A stretch of DNA of 64,000 nucleotides from a virus, in IMG/VR virus record IMGVR_UViG_3300032331_000527, positions 32,001 through 96,000 of that record, one strand, 5' to 3'. How positions within the stretch are numbered: the first letter of the stretch is position 1; each line of letters begins with the position of its first letter. A program made the position numbers and the translations under genes. Below the pieces are notes generated by a model that saw nothing but the letters and a program-made list of their open reading frames with translations, made no database searches and had not been told where the DNA came from. Positions 20,320 through 28,671 of the stretch are shown piece after piece.

Positions 20320-21060
20320 TTATCCAATCATGTCCGTAACAGGCAAGCTGTAATCGTTAATAACAGTATCTTCGAGTCTTTGTATTTCTTCCTGTGCTTC
20401 GTCCCATATCTTTTGTCCATTAAACGTAATGCCGCCTGGAAGATTCATGCCTTCGTATAGCTTTAGATGCTCGCCCCACTGGCGCTTAACCAGCTGTGTG
20501 GCATACTGTTTAAGCCAAGGCTCTTCCCAGACATCTGGATATTCTTCTGGATTGACTTCGCGATAACCTTCGATCATAATGAATTGACCTACTTGAGTGT
20601 CGTCGTCCCACGACATATCAATTTGCAACTTATTCATATTACGATTGAAGCGGATAGGTTTCTTTCCGACGAACACTTCTTCAAGGAATTCGATATGGCG
20701 CATCGCAACAACATAAGGCGCAATAGATACGCTAGAAACATTGAACAGTTCGTTTAGATGAAGCTGATAACGAATATTGAACATATTCATAGCACCATAC
20801 GAATCGTTGATATCAAAAACGCGAGTCACTCCTACGAAATCATTCGGAAGAGTGATATAACGATTATTGATATTTGTTTGCGTTAGTTGATGTGGATAAT
20901 ACACATGCTCCATACCGTCAAAGTGATAATCGCGATACTTGAGCAAAGCATCGTCAATACGATCATCAATCTGCTCATCGTCGACGTTGATGTCAATGAC
21001 TGGAGAGCCTAAACGGCGTAAGATATATTCTTTGAACTGTTGACGACTTGTAATAGCCAT
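20320..21060 (-). CDS. gp13: Neck protein
   Basis: YILRRLGSPVIDINV..QIDD..YHFDG and WLKQYATQLVKRQWG..LPGGITFNG. Confidence 0.95.
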   Translation of the reverse strand: MAITSRQQFKEYILRRLGSPVIDINVDDEQIDDRIDDALLKYRDYHFDGMEHVYYPHQLTQTNINNRYITLPNDFVGVTRVFDINDSYGAMNMFNIRYQLHLNELFNVSSVSIAPYVVAMRHIEFLEEVFVGKKPIRFNRNMNKLQIDMSWDDDTQVGQFIMIEGYREVNPEEYPDVWEEPWLKQYATQLVKRQWGEHLKLYEGMNLPGGITFNGQKIWDEAQEEIQRLEDTVINDYSLPVTDMIG

Positions 21061-21061
21061 A

Positions 21062-21097
21062 AGGGGAGCTCTCCAATGAGTAACTCCCCTATTTATT
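21062..21097 (-). promoter_or_regulatory. Late promoter (AATAAATA, 21090-21097) overlapping an SD-sequestering hairpin of gp13
   Basis: Minus strand AATAAAT-AGGGGAGTTACTC-ATTG-GAGAGCTCCCCT-T-ATG. Confidence 0.7.
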
Positions 21098-23154
21098 CAT
21101 TTTGAATTCGTTCTGAATACGCCATCCCAATCTTTGGGTAACGGATTGGCTTTATACTCTTCGATGCGCTCAACCATCATATGATAATACTCTGTCATTT
21201 CACCTTCAAATGCTTTCTCAATGTAAGGAATATATTCGAGAGCTTTTTCCCAATACTGTTCGCGATAGAGTTGTAGAAAATCCGCATGCGAGCGAGAGAA
21301 AGCGATATTGAGTCCGTTCTTTTCAACGATGGTATAGATCTTAACCCCTTCGTTTTTGCCTTTAACCGCAAGGCAATCAAGCTCTAGGCATAGATACTCG
21401 TCCTTCACATATTCATAAGTCTTTGGACCTATGACCATCTTAACGTGATATGGCTTGCTCTGACCTTCTAGTCGAGAGGCCAGATTAACGGTATCACCAA
21501 GACAAGTGTAATCAAAACGTTGGTCACTACCCATATTGCCAACCACAACGGAGCCTGTGTTAATCCCAAGACCCATACCAAAGGGTGGAATACCCTCAGC
21601 GGTGACTTCTTTGTTAAATCGTTCCAGATCATCTAGCATCTCCAATGCTGTTTTAACTGCGTGTCTGGCGTGCATCTCATCATCAAGTGGTGCATTCCAA
21701 AACGCCATTTGAGCATCACCGATATACTTATCTAGTGTGCCATCGTTGTCAATGATCTTCTTGGTCATCGCTGTCATGTAGCGATTCATTATCTTAGTAA
21801 GGCCCTGAACGTCGGAGCCATAATGCTCAGAAATAGTAGTGAAACCACGAACGTCAGTAAACATAATCGATAGTTCACGAGTCTCTCCTCCTAGACGTAA
21901 TAGCTCAGGATTCTTCTGAAGTTTTTCAACAAGAGCTGGTGAAAGATAAGTTCCGAATTGCTTTTTGATTTGCTGCTTTAGTCTAAACTCGCGAGCGAAA
22001 TTGTTGAATACCAAATGCCCGAATACAGCAGATAGAGCCAATATAATATAGCTAGGATCCCAAAGTTGAAGTTCTGTTTTAAATAAGTAATATGACGTAA
22101 ACCCTATGCCAGAAACAAGGAAGGCATAAAATGGTACTGTCAGACTTACGCTCAGTTTTGGAACTATATGGAGCAATAGTAGTAGCATGGTGGTTAGTAG
22201 TGCTCCTTCTATTAGCCTTCCTACGTTTGGGCGAGAAATAGAAGTGCCATCGACCAGTGTTTGGAGTGTCTGCGCTTGGATCTCATGGGCCCACTTCTCA
22301 CCGATTGGTGTTGCTATGATACCACCAACACCTTCAATCGTTAGACCAAGAATAACAATCTTGTCCTTCACGCGAGCATCTATCTCGGTTGCTTCTAGCG
22401 TATCAAATTTGGTGTTCCAAGATAACCAGATGCGCCCGCGCTCGTCGGTTGAGATTGGTGGAAAAGCTGGGACTCTTACAGCTTCTATTCCACCTTCGTT
22501 CGTCTTAACTTGGAAGCTAGGGTCTCCAGCAGCGACACGAATGGTCTCCAAAGGTATGCTAGGATAAAGACCAGATGCAATATTGACCAATAGAGGCATA
22601 CGGCGAACCACACCGTCCAATTCAGAGATTGTTGCGACCACACCAACGCCTGAGGCAACTTCGGCATACTTGTCAAGAGGGCGTAATCCACCAGGCCAAC
22701 GATAGACAACCCTAGCAGGATCAACAGGACCGATACTAGCGAACCCACGACGGACCGAATCAGGTTTAGAATTTTGTGTAGTAGGTGTTTGTGCGAGGAT
22801 AACACCATCAAGAGTTTTTGCCAGTTCATCATCGCCACCTGCTCTGTCTTTCTCTGAGAATAGTATTGGTGCAACGATTACCGAAGCACCGTTTTCTTTT
22901 AGTTTGTTGATTGTCTTTGCGATATCTCTGCGGTCGAATGGCCACTGACCAAACTTCTCGACCGACTTCTCACCAAAATTGACAACGACAATTTCCTCTG
23001 ACTGTTTCTTATCAAGCGAAGTGATAAGATAATCAAAGGTCTTTAGCTGGAGCGTTTGAATCGCGCTTGGGTTGATTGCATACAATGTCAACAGGAGACA
23101 GGCGCTGATAGCAACCATCCATGTGCTTGTAAGAAACTTGGTCAGCTTTTCCAT
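21097..23154 (-). CDS. Membrane-bound CHASE2-domain class III adenylate cyclase
   Basis: N-terminal TM; CHASE2 motifs GQWPFDR and DGVVRRMPL; three TMs; cyclase motifs IMFTDVRGFT, LDKYIGDAQM, GMGLGINTG, DYTCLGDTVNLASRLEG; C-terminal WDGVF. Confidence 0.93.
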   Translation of the reverse strand: MEKLTKFLTSTWMVAISACLLLTLYAINPSAIQTLQLKTFDYLITSLDKKQSEEIVVVNFGEKSVEKFGQWPFDRRDIAKTINKLKENGASVIVAPILFSEKDRAGGDDELAKTLDGVILAQTPTTQNSKPDSVRRGFASIGPVDPARVVYRWPGGLRPLDKYAEVASGVGVVATISELDGVVRRMPLLVNIASGLYPSIPLETIRVAAGDPSFQVKTNEGGIEAVRVPAFPPISTDERGRIWLSWNTKFDTLEATEIDARVKDKIVILGLTIEGVGGIIATPIGEKWAHEIQAQTLQTLVDGTSISRPNVGRLIEGALLTTMLLLLLHIVPKLSVSLTVPFYAFLVSGIGFTSYYLFKTELQLWDPSYIILALSAVFGHLVFNNFAREFRLKQQIKKQFGTYLSPALVEKLQKNPELLRLGGETRELSIMFTDVRGFTTISEHYGSDVQGLTKIMNRYMTAMTKKIIDNDGTLDKYIGDAQMAFWNAPLDDEMHARHAVKTALEMLDDLERFNKEVTAEGIPPFGMGLGINTGSVVVGNMGSDQRFDYTCLGDTVNLASRLEGQSKPYHVKMVIGPKTYEYVKDEYLCLELDCLAVKGKNEGVKIYTIVEKNGLNIAFSRSHADFLQLYREQYWEKALEYIPYIEKAFEGEMTEYYHMMVERIEEYKANPLPKDWDGVFRTNSK

Positions 23155-23417
23155 CAGTATTGACTAACGATATAAGGGCTATTGGGACAAGTGAAACCAC
23201 AAGTAACACTAAGACTAAAAGACTGAGGCGTGTTTCCAGACTGAGAGATAATAGCCGAGATATTATCGCCAGTAAAATTAAGGGTAGCACTATGATTAGC
23301 ACCAGACTGAGTAATACTAACATTCTGTAAGGATCCTATGATGTTCACGGTTGCATTATTTACTGTCTGCGATAGCGCAGGCATTGTCATTAGAAGGAGC
23401 GCGATTAAAGTTTTCAT
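23154..23417 (-). CDS. Small secreted curlin-repeat protein
   Basis: Signal peptide MKTLIALLLMTMPALS, then VSITQSGANHSATLNFTGDNISAIISQSGN, then a Cys pair. Confidence 0.7.
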   Translation of the reverse strand: MKTLIALLLMTMPALSQTVNNATVNIIGSLQNVSITQSGANHSATLNFTGDNISAIISQSGNTPQSFSLSVTCGFTCPNSPYIVSQY

Positions 23418-23418
23418 G

Positions 23419-24528
23419 TCAGTTACCCTGCTTTATAGTTATCGTTGTGGTCCCAGCGCTGTTTACCATCTGTGTCACTGAACCACCATCTTGAGTCAAA
23501 TTCAACGTCATGTTATGCGTAGTTGATACAGTCAATTCCATATATGCGTTGTACGTTTCACGATAGAGCGTCACGTTATCTTGCTCAACAAAATACTTCA
23601 AACCTGTTGCAGCATTATATTTAGGCAGCAAAGCGTTGAACTCTGCAAGCTCATTACCTAACATCTGCGAATTTGATAGATCTAAAAAGTTCAGTAGAAA
23701 ATCACTATCAAGGAAATTGCGATCTAGTTTGTCATACTCGTTGAGATAGTTTTTGTCAAGCTCGCCATACTTTAGAAAATCAACGCCAAGTAAGTCTGCA
23801 TCTAATACGTTCGCGGCACGTTCTACTGTTTGTTCGCGCATGACAGGTTTCGCTGGTGCTACGATAAGCATATTGTTTATCTGATCTAGATTCAAATTCA
23901 TAATGTTGGACTTGAGTGTGCTAGTACTCGCTTGCACGTTTACTGTTTCAAATGCTCTAGTTAGCCAAATAACACCTGCATCTGTAGTAACAGATATGGA
24001 ACCAACCACGCAGTCTCGTTCAATATTACGCCAGCCAGCAGGACAAGAAGGAAGAAGGACAATAGTAGAGCGCCCAATTTCATCGACGGTACCTGAGAAA
24101 TCAGTTCCGCGGACACCGATTGTTGCTGTTGGTGTTTCCACCATGACTTGTTGCGGATCTGATTTAGCAATTTGCCCGGATGCATATTTGATAGTGCCGA
24201 GCGCCATCTTGATGCCAAGCTTGCCAGTTTTCTTTTCACCATCGTAAACAAAATTGTCAATGACAAGGCGGCTGTGCTCCGTTATCTGGACTTTAGTTTC
24301 GTCTCGGAACGTGATTCCCGCTTTACTGTTTGCGGTCGTTATTGTGTCCTTCATCTCAACGCCACTTTGCAGTGCGCTAGGAATCACGTTCGTTTCACGT
24401 TTTATTTCAGCTGGTCCTGACTGCTCAGTGACTTTTCCGACTTCCGCTTCAGTTGTGGTTGGACTTAACAGTAAGAGTATTGCCAGTACCAGTGATTGTA
24501 GAAATGACCTTAGAGTCAACAGCGCCAC
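23419..24528 (-). CDS. Exported FecR-domain protein (start uncertain: GTG 24528 or TTG ~24519)
   Basis: Signal peptide; FecR motifs DTITTANSKAGITFRDETKVQITEHSRLVI and VETPTATIGVRGTDF. Confidence 0.85.
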   Translation of the reverse strand: MALLTLRSFLQSLVLAILLLLSPTTTEAEVGKVTEQSGPAEIKRETNVIPSALQSGVEMKDTITTANSKAGITFRDETKVQITEHSRLVIDNFVYDGEKKTGKLGIKMALGTIKYASGQIAKSDPQQVMVETPTATIGVRGTDFSGTVDEIGRSTIVLLPSCPAGWRNIERDCVVGSISVTTDAGVIWLTRAFETVNVQASTSTLKSNIMNLNLDQINNMLIVAPAKPVMREQTVERAANVLDADLLGVDFLKYGELDKNYLNEYDKLDRNFLDSDFLLNFLDLSNSQMLGNELAEFNALLPKYNAATGLKYFVEQDNVTLYRETYNAYMELTVSTTHNMTLNLTQDGGSVTQMVNSAGTTTITIKQGN

Positions 24529-25126
24529 CTTGCTTTATATCTACAGTGTTTGTTGCACCTAAGATATTCACATCGGCTTCATGACCATTCGTAGATGCTA
24601 CGCCTGTTTGAATGATGTTGACATTATTGCCTCCACCACCGTCAATAAGAACCGTACTCTTCGCACCCGCGACTGCGCTGGAATCATTCTCTATGTTTAC
24701 GGTGTTGTTGTCTGTGTTAATTGTAACAGTTGATAATGTAAGCCCTTCAGCTTTTTGTGTCACTGTGTTTCCGTCACCCGTAACTGTGTTGTTGATAATG
24801 GATCCTGTACAGCTTCCGCTCACGCCGCAAGCAATTTCAATCGTATTGCTGTCGCCTGTGACTAACGAATTTACCTGTACAGCATCACCCTGAACATTAA
24901 TGCTCATCAGGTTGCTATTACCAATCTGATCAATCGTGACAATGTTATTTTGTCCGTTGAATATTGCTTTGTCGGTGACATTACCAATCGCATTCGAATT
25001 GCCAGTTTGAGTCAATGAAATTGTAGATCCGCCACCTATTTGGTCTACATACACACTATTGCTCGCGGCGTTTGCATATTGAAGCATAACCAAGAATGAC
25101 AAAAATGCCAGTCTTGTACGTTTCAT
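24449..25126 (-). CDS. Curlin-repeat (CsgA/CsgB-like) secreted protein
   Basis: Signal peptide ending ANA; repeats NSVYVDQIG, TISLTQTGNSN, NIVTIDQIGNSN, NNVNIIQTG, NTVDIKQGG; directly downstream of csgG. Confidence 0.8.
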   Translation of the reverse strand: MKRTRLAFLSFLVMLQYANAASNSVYVDQIGGGSTISLTQTGNSNAIGNVTDKAIFNGQNNIVTIDQIGNSNLMSINVQGDAVQVNSLVTGDSNTIEIACGVSGSCTGSIINNTVTGDGNTVTQKAEGLTLSTVTINTDNNTVNIENDSSAVAGAKSTVLIDGGGGNNVNIIQTGVASTNGHEADVNILGATNTVDIKQGGAVDSKVISTITGTGNTLTVKSNHN

Positions 25127-25130
25127 TTTG

Positions 25131-25934
25131 TTACCTCTTTTTGATACTCCAGAGCTTCTTCTTAGCTCCCTCCTTTATCATATCTGCTACTGCTGCTTCA
25201 ATTGCTATTCTAACTGCATACGTCGTAGGTTCATTAACAGCAGTTCCTGCTTCGAATTCCAAAGATTTCGTACCTACATCAAGAAATTTAAAAACGTTCG
25301 CGCCAGCACTTGTACTAAGAACTGTCTTGGATGATCCTGTTGAAAGTAAAATCTCACCTGTGTTTATGGATATCAAACGGATAACAACAGTGACTTCATC
25401 TTTACGATATTCTTGAGTAGCTCCGATTCCTAAGAATCTTGCGCCTATACCACCTGTTCCTACGTTAGTATCATAACCAACAACACCGCCATCTAACATA
25501 ATGCCAGCAACAGTAAGTGGTGTCAATGGCTTCGCTTGATCCTTTTCATAAAGCTCGCGCTGACTACGAATCAGCTGACGTTCTTTTACTAGATTATCAA
25601 GTGAAGCACGTTCTACAACTTGAAACCACTTACCTTTACCCGCATCCTGTAGTGCCTTGATTAGAAAAACTTCAGAGCCCTGCGTCACAGCAGAACTTAG
25701 ACTAGCAAAACCACTAGCTGGTTTACGTTGTCCTGTTAGATCAGGGAAACGATACACAGCGATTGGAATAAGAGGTCCGTCTACACCTTTCAGATTGGCT
25801 AATTCATTGAAACGCTTAGTCGTAATAACTTCGGGTGCTTCAACAGTAACTTCCATCGTTTCTTTAGTCACTTGAGTAGGCATACAACCAACTAACAATA
25901 GACTAGCAAGAACTATGCCAAAAATCTTTACCAT
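25131..25934 (-). CDS. csgG: Curli secretion channel lipoprotein CsgG
   Basis: Lipobox LLVGC; IAVYRFPDLTGQRKP, SSAVTQG, WFQVVERASLDNLVKERQLIR, GGIGARFLGIG, NEPT. Confidence 0.95.
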   Translation of the reverse strand: MVKIFGIVLASLLLVGCMPTQVTKETMEVTVEAPEVITTKRFNELANLKGVDGPLIPIAVYRFPDLTGQRKPASGFASLSSAVTQGSEVFLIKALQDAGKGKWFQVVERASLDNLVKERQLIRSQRELYEKDQAKPLTPLTVAGIMLDGGVVGYDTNVGTGGIGARFLGIGATQEYRKDEVTVVIRLISINTGEILLSTGSSKTVLSTSAGANVFKFLDVGTKSLEFEAGTAVNEPTTYAVRIAIEAAVADMIKEGAKKKLWSIKKR

Positions 25935-26377
25935 GCTAAACTCCCATATGGGACAACGACTTCTGTCACGCTGCCACCAGCATCCGTAATTCTTAGAGTA
26001 ATCTGTGATCCATCAGATGACCACTGAACGTTATTCGAAGCGATATCAAATGTACCTGAGGTATTTCCGTTATCAGTAAACAACTGCTCGGCTATTTTCT
26101 GCGAGAGCGTCGCGTACACGCGAGACTCCAAATTGTTCAAGAATTTTGCCAGATTAGTATTTTTCGCGGCGGACGCAGCTGCAGCTGCTTCAGCTTTTTT
26201 ATCTTCAGCCATCTTTTGTCTACGAGAAGCTTCTAGATTGTCGATTGTTAGAACGTGAGCTGAAAAACCTATACCACTGAAAGAAGGACTCTTAAACTGA
26301 AACTGTAAATCGTTTGCTAGAGTACTACTGCTTAGGATTAGGAGGAAGCTCAGTGCTGTGATCGTGCATCTGTTCAT
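25928..26377 (-). CDS. csgF: Curli assembly factor CsgF
   Basis: Signal peptide followed by DLQFQFKSPSFSG (CsgF N-terminal CsgG-binding peptide type); FLNNLESRVYATLS; C-terminal ITDAGGSVTEVVVP; adjacent to csgG. Confidence 0.88.
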   Translation of the reverse strand: MNRCTITALSFLLILSSSTLANDLQFQFKSPSFSGIGFSAHVLTIDNLEASRRQKMAEDKKAEAAAAASAAKNTNLAKFLNNLESRVYATLSQKIAEQLFTDNGNTSGTFDIASNNVQWSSDGSQITLRITDAGGSVTEVVVPYGSLAW

Positions 26378-26636
26378 ATTTCTGTTCCTCGATTTGTTGT
26401 CCTCGTAGCGTAAGCACTACGTTGACTTTCTGATTTAATCGAATAAGGTCATTATCTAGCATTCGAATACGATCAATCAAAGCAATCAGAACTGTATTAG
26501 CTTCGGAGAGTATGGGTTTGATTTCTTGAGTAGCCCACTTCCAAACATAAAAGATAAGGTATCCCATACCGCCAGCAGCGACGATGGGAAATCCATACTT
26601 ATTAATCATTTCTACTATGTCACCAGGCCCGGCCAT
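26325..26636 (-). CDS. Small single-TM coiled-coil membrane protein (GFPI motif, YvrJ/holin-like)
   Basis: KYGFPIVAAGGMGYLIFYVW followed by ALIDRIRMLDNDLIRL. Confidence 0.6.
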   Translation of the reverse strand: MAGPGDIVEMINKYGFPIVAAGGMGYLIFYVWKWATQEIKPILSEANTVLIALIDRIRMLDNDLIRLNQKVNVVLTLRGQQIEEQKYEQMHDHSTELPPNPKQ

Positions 26637-26920
26637 TAGTCTCTCCTTGCGTCGTTTTTACCGTCAGCTCTTGCGATACGATCTGTGTCTGGCTTTATGC
26701 CGAGTGCGTTCGATACCAAAGTATCGATGCGAATAACGTCATGGTTCATAGTCTTAACTCGATTGTCGAGCGCCGTGATAATTCCGCTCATTCCTTTAAC
26801 GCTACCCATCACACCGGCCAGAATAAATTTGAGCGTCAGGAACACGAAATATCCACCCGCGATTGACGAAGCAATAGGAAACCCCACTTCAGCCACGAGC
26901 TTGAAAAATTCTGCATTCAT
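26636..26920 (-). CDS. Small membrane protein, paralog of the downstream gene
   Basis: EVGFPIASSIAGGYFVFLTL followed by ALDNRVKTMNHDVIRI; AAGGA SD. Confidence 0.6.
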   Translation of the reverse strand: MNAEFFKLVAEVGFPIASSIAGGYFVFLTLKFILAGVMGSVKGMSGIITALDNRVKTMNHDVIRIDTLVSNALGIKPDTDRIARADGKNDARRD

Positions 26921-26942
26921 AACATGTCCTTTCCTTTTACGC

Positions 26943-26950
26943 TATTTATT
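26943..26950 (-). promoter_or_regulatory. T4-type late promoter (AATAAATA) heading the curli/cyclase cassette
   Basis: Same variant as upstream of gp19, gp13 and gp25; 22 nt before the ATG at 26920. Confidence 0.6.
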
Positions 26951-26968
26951 CAAGTGCTATATAGTTTT

Positions 26969-27658
26969 ATGATTGAACATGCTCTATTCCCTACGCTCGT
27001 ATGTGAGTTCGACTATCCCCGAAAAGACCTCTTTAAAAGAACGTTTTATGATCGTATTTTTGATTATATGACGGGTGATGGCTACTCAAACGAGTTTACA
27101 GGACACGTTAACATCCATCACGAAGAATCATTTTTGCCTTTCTTTCAGTTCGCTATCGACTGTGTTAAGCAGTACGCTTCTCGACTCCATATCGACAACG
27201 AACGCTTTGATTACAACATCACAAAGACTTGGCTGAATATCAAAAAAGAAAACTCAACAAATCTGCATCATCATCGCGACGCTCATATATCGTTCACTTA
27301 TTATGTCAATGTGCCTGAGTCGTTTTCGCGCCCAATTAGGTTTCACAACTACGAGCATAGAAATGAGCCTTATCCAGGTTCAATTCTATGGAACAACACA
27401 ACTAACACATGGGATGAGATAAACGCATACACTTGGCAATTTAATCCAAAAGAAGGACAGCTTTTTGTGTTTCCTTCTTCGTTGCCGCATGATACTGTAG
27501 GACAAAATGATAGTAGCATAGATAGTGGTACAACAAACGAATATGAGTTATCGCAGAATCGTATTTGTTTAGCAGCAGATATTGTTATGACCTACAAAGA
27601 AAATATGAAATCTCCTCTCGGAATCCAACCGATTAGTAATTGGAGAACTTTTGAATGA
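26969..27658 (+). CDS. 2OG-Fe(II) oxygenase (TIGR02466-like)
   Basis: Likely start MIEHALFPT; TWLNI..HHH..HISFTYY, PKEGQLFVFPSSLPH, RICLA. Confidence 0.85.
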   Translation: MIEHALFPTLVCEFDYPRKDLFKRTFYDRIFDYMTGDGYSNEFTGHVNIHHEESFLPFFQFAIDCVKQYASRLHIDNERFDYNITKTWLNIKKENSTNLHHHRDAHISFTYYVNVPESFSRPIRFHNYEHRNEPYPGSILWNNTTNTWDEINAYTWQFNPKEGQLFVFPSSLPHDTVGQNDSSIDSGTTNEYELSQNRICLAADIVMTYKENMKSPLGIQPISNWRTFE

Positions 27659-28278
27659 CGTACACTACCATATACAATGATCCATTATCAAGAGCTAAGG
27701 TATTGCATCCGTGGATTTATTGGGATAATGCGTTTACCGACGAAGAAATTGATGAGATTGTTGCGTATTGTGACAATAAAGAACTTATGTCTGGAACAGT
27801 AGTTGGTCCTGACTCAGAAGAAACAGTAGAAGAAGGTCGTGTTTCAAAGGTTGCTTTTCATGGAAGAAACCCAGATACAGCTTGGATATTTGACAGATTG
27901 AATTTCACTATCCAATCAGCCAACGAACAGTTTTTCAATTATCATCTGAATGGATACGATGCATTTCAGTACACAACATACAGTGATACTGATAAAGGTC
28001 ATTATACATGGCATATGGATACGCATTTTGGACAACCAGCAGGATCATTAAAATTCGATGAACCGAGAAAGTTATCACTAACTCTTATGTTGAATGATGA
28101 TTACGAAGGCGGAGAATTTCAATTTAATTTTAGCAATGAGTCGGATGCGATAATTCCAGTCAAGAAAAAAGGACGGATACTAATGTTCCCGTCCTTCATG
28201 CTTCATAGAGTTGCTCCAGTAACAAAAGGTATCCGTAGATCCATCGTTATTTGGGTAGTAGGTCCTAAGTTCGTTTAG
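27655..28278 (+). CDS. PKHD-type / prolyl-4-hydroxylase-like 2OG-Fe(II) oxygenase
   Basis: YTWHMD, RKLSLTLMLNDDYEGGEF, FPSFMLHRVAPVTKGIRRSIVIW. Confidence 0.9.
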   Translation: MTYTTIYNDPLSRAKVLHPWIYWDNAFTDEEIDEIVAYCDNKELMSGTVVGPDSEETVEEGRVSKVAFHGRNPDTAWIFDRLNFTIQSANEQFFNYHLNGYDAFQYTTYSDTDKGHYTWHMDTHFGQPAGSLKFDEPRKLSLTLMLNDDYEGGEFQFNFSNESDAIIPVKKKGRILMFPSFMLHRVAPVTKGIRRSIVIWVVGPKFV

Positions 28279-28661
28279 ATATTCAGATTAATGTTAGTGC
28301 TGTAACCGTTTGCGAATACTAACTCTGTGTGGGATTTTTCTACTGAAATCCCACCACCTTTAGAACTGATCATGCTCAGAAATTCAGTTTTTGCTGTATC
28401 TGTGCTTTGCGATAAAGTACGGAAAAACGCTCTCGCAGTCACTTCTTCTGCTCCGTCGCGCGATTCGCATTGATATACGAATTTGATCGTATTTTCATCT
28501 ACTCTAGTTCGAGTGACGTTACCTGTATGTCCAGGCAGAGTGCGAACAAAATTGATATAGTTGTTCGCTATAATCTGTTCGCTCTCTGTGTATGTAGCAG
28601 GATCAACAAAAATCTGATCGTCGTCTTTGACTGCATAGCGATGAATCTGATATCCAGCCAT
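28275..28661 (-). CDS. Hypothetical protein
   Basis: 128-aa ORF with GAGG SD and an upstream TATAAATA. Confidence 0.6.
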   Translation of the reverse strand: MAGYQIHRYAVKDDDQIFVDPATYTESEQIIANNYINFVRTLPGHTGNVTRTRVDENTIKFVYQCESRDGAEEVTARAFFRTLSQSTDTAKTEFLSMISSKGGGISVEKSHTELVFANGYSTNINLNI

Positions 28662-28671
28662 ATGAAAACCT

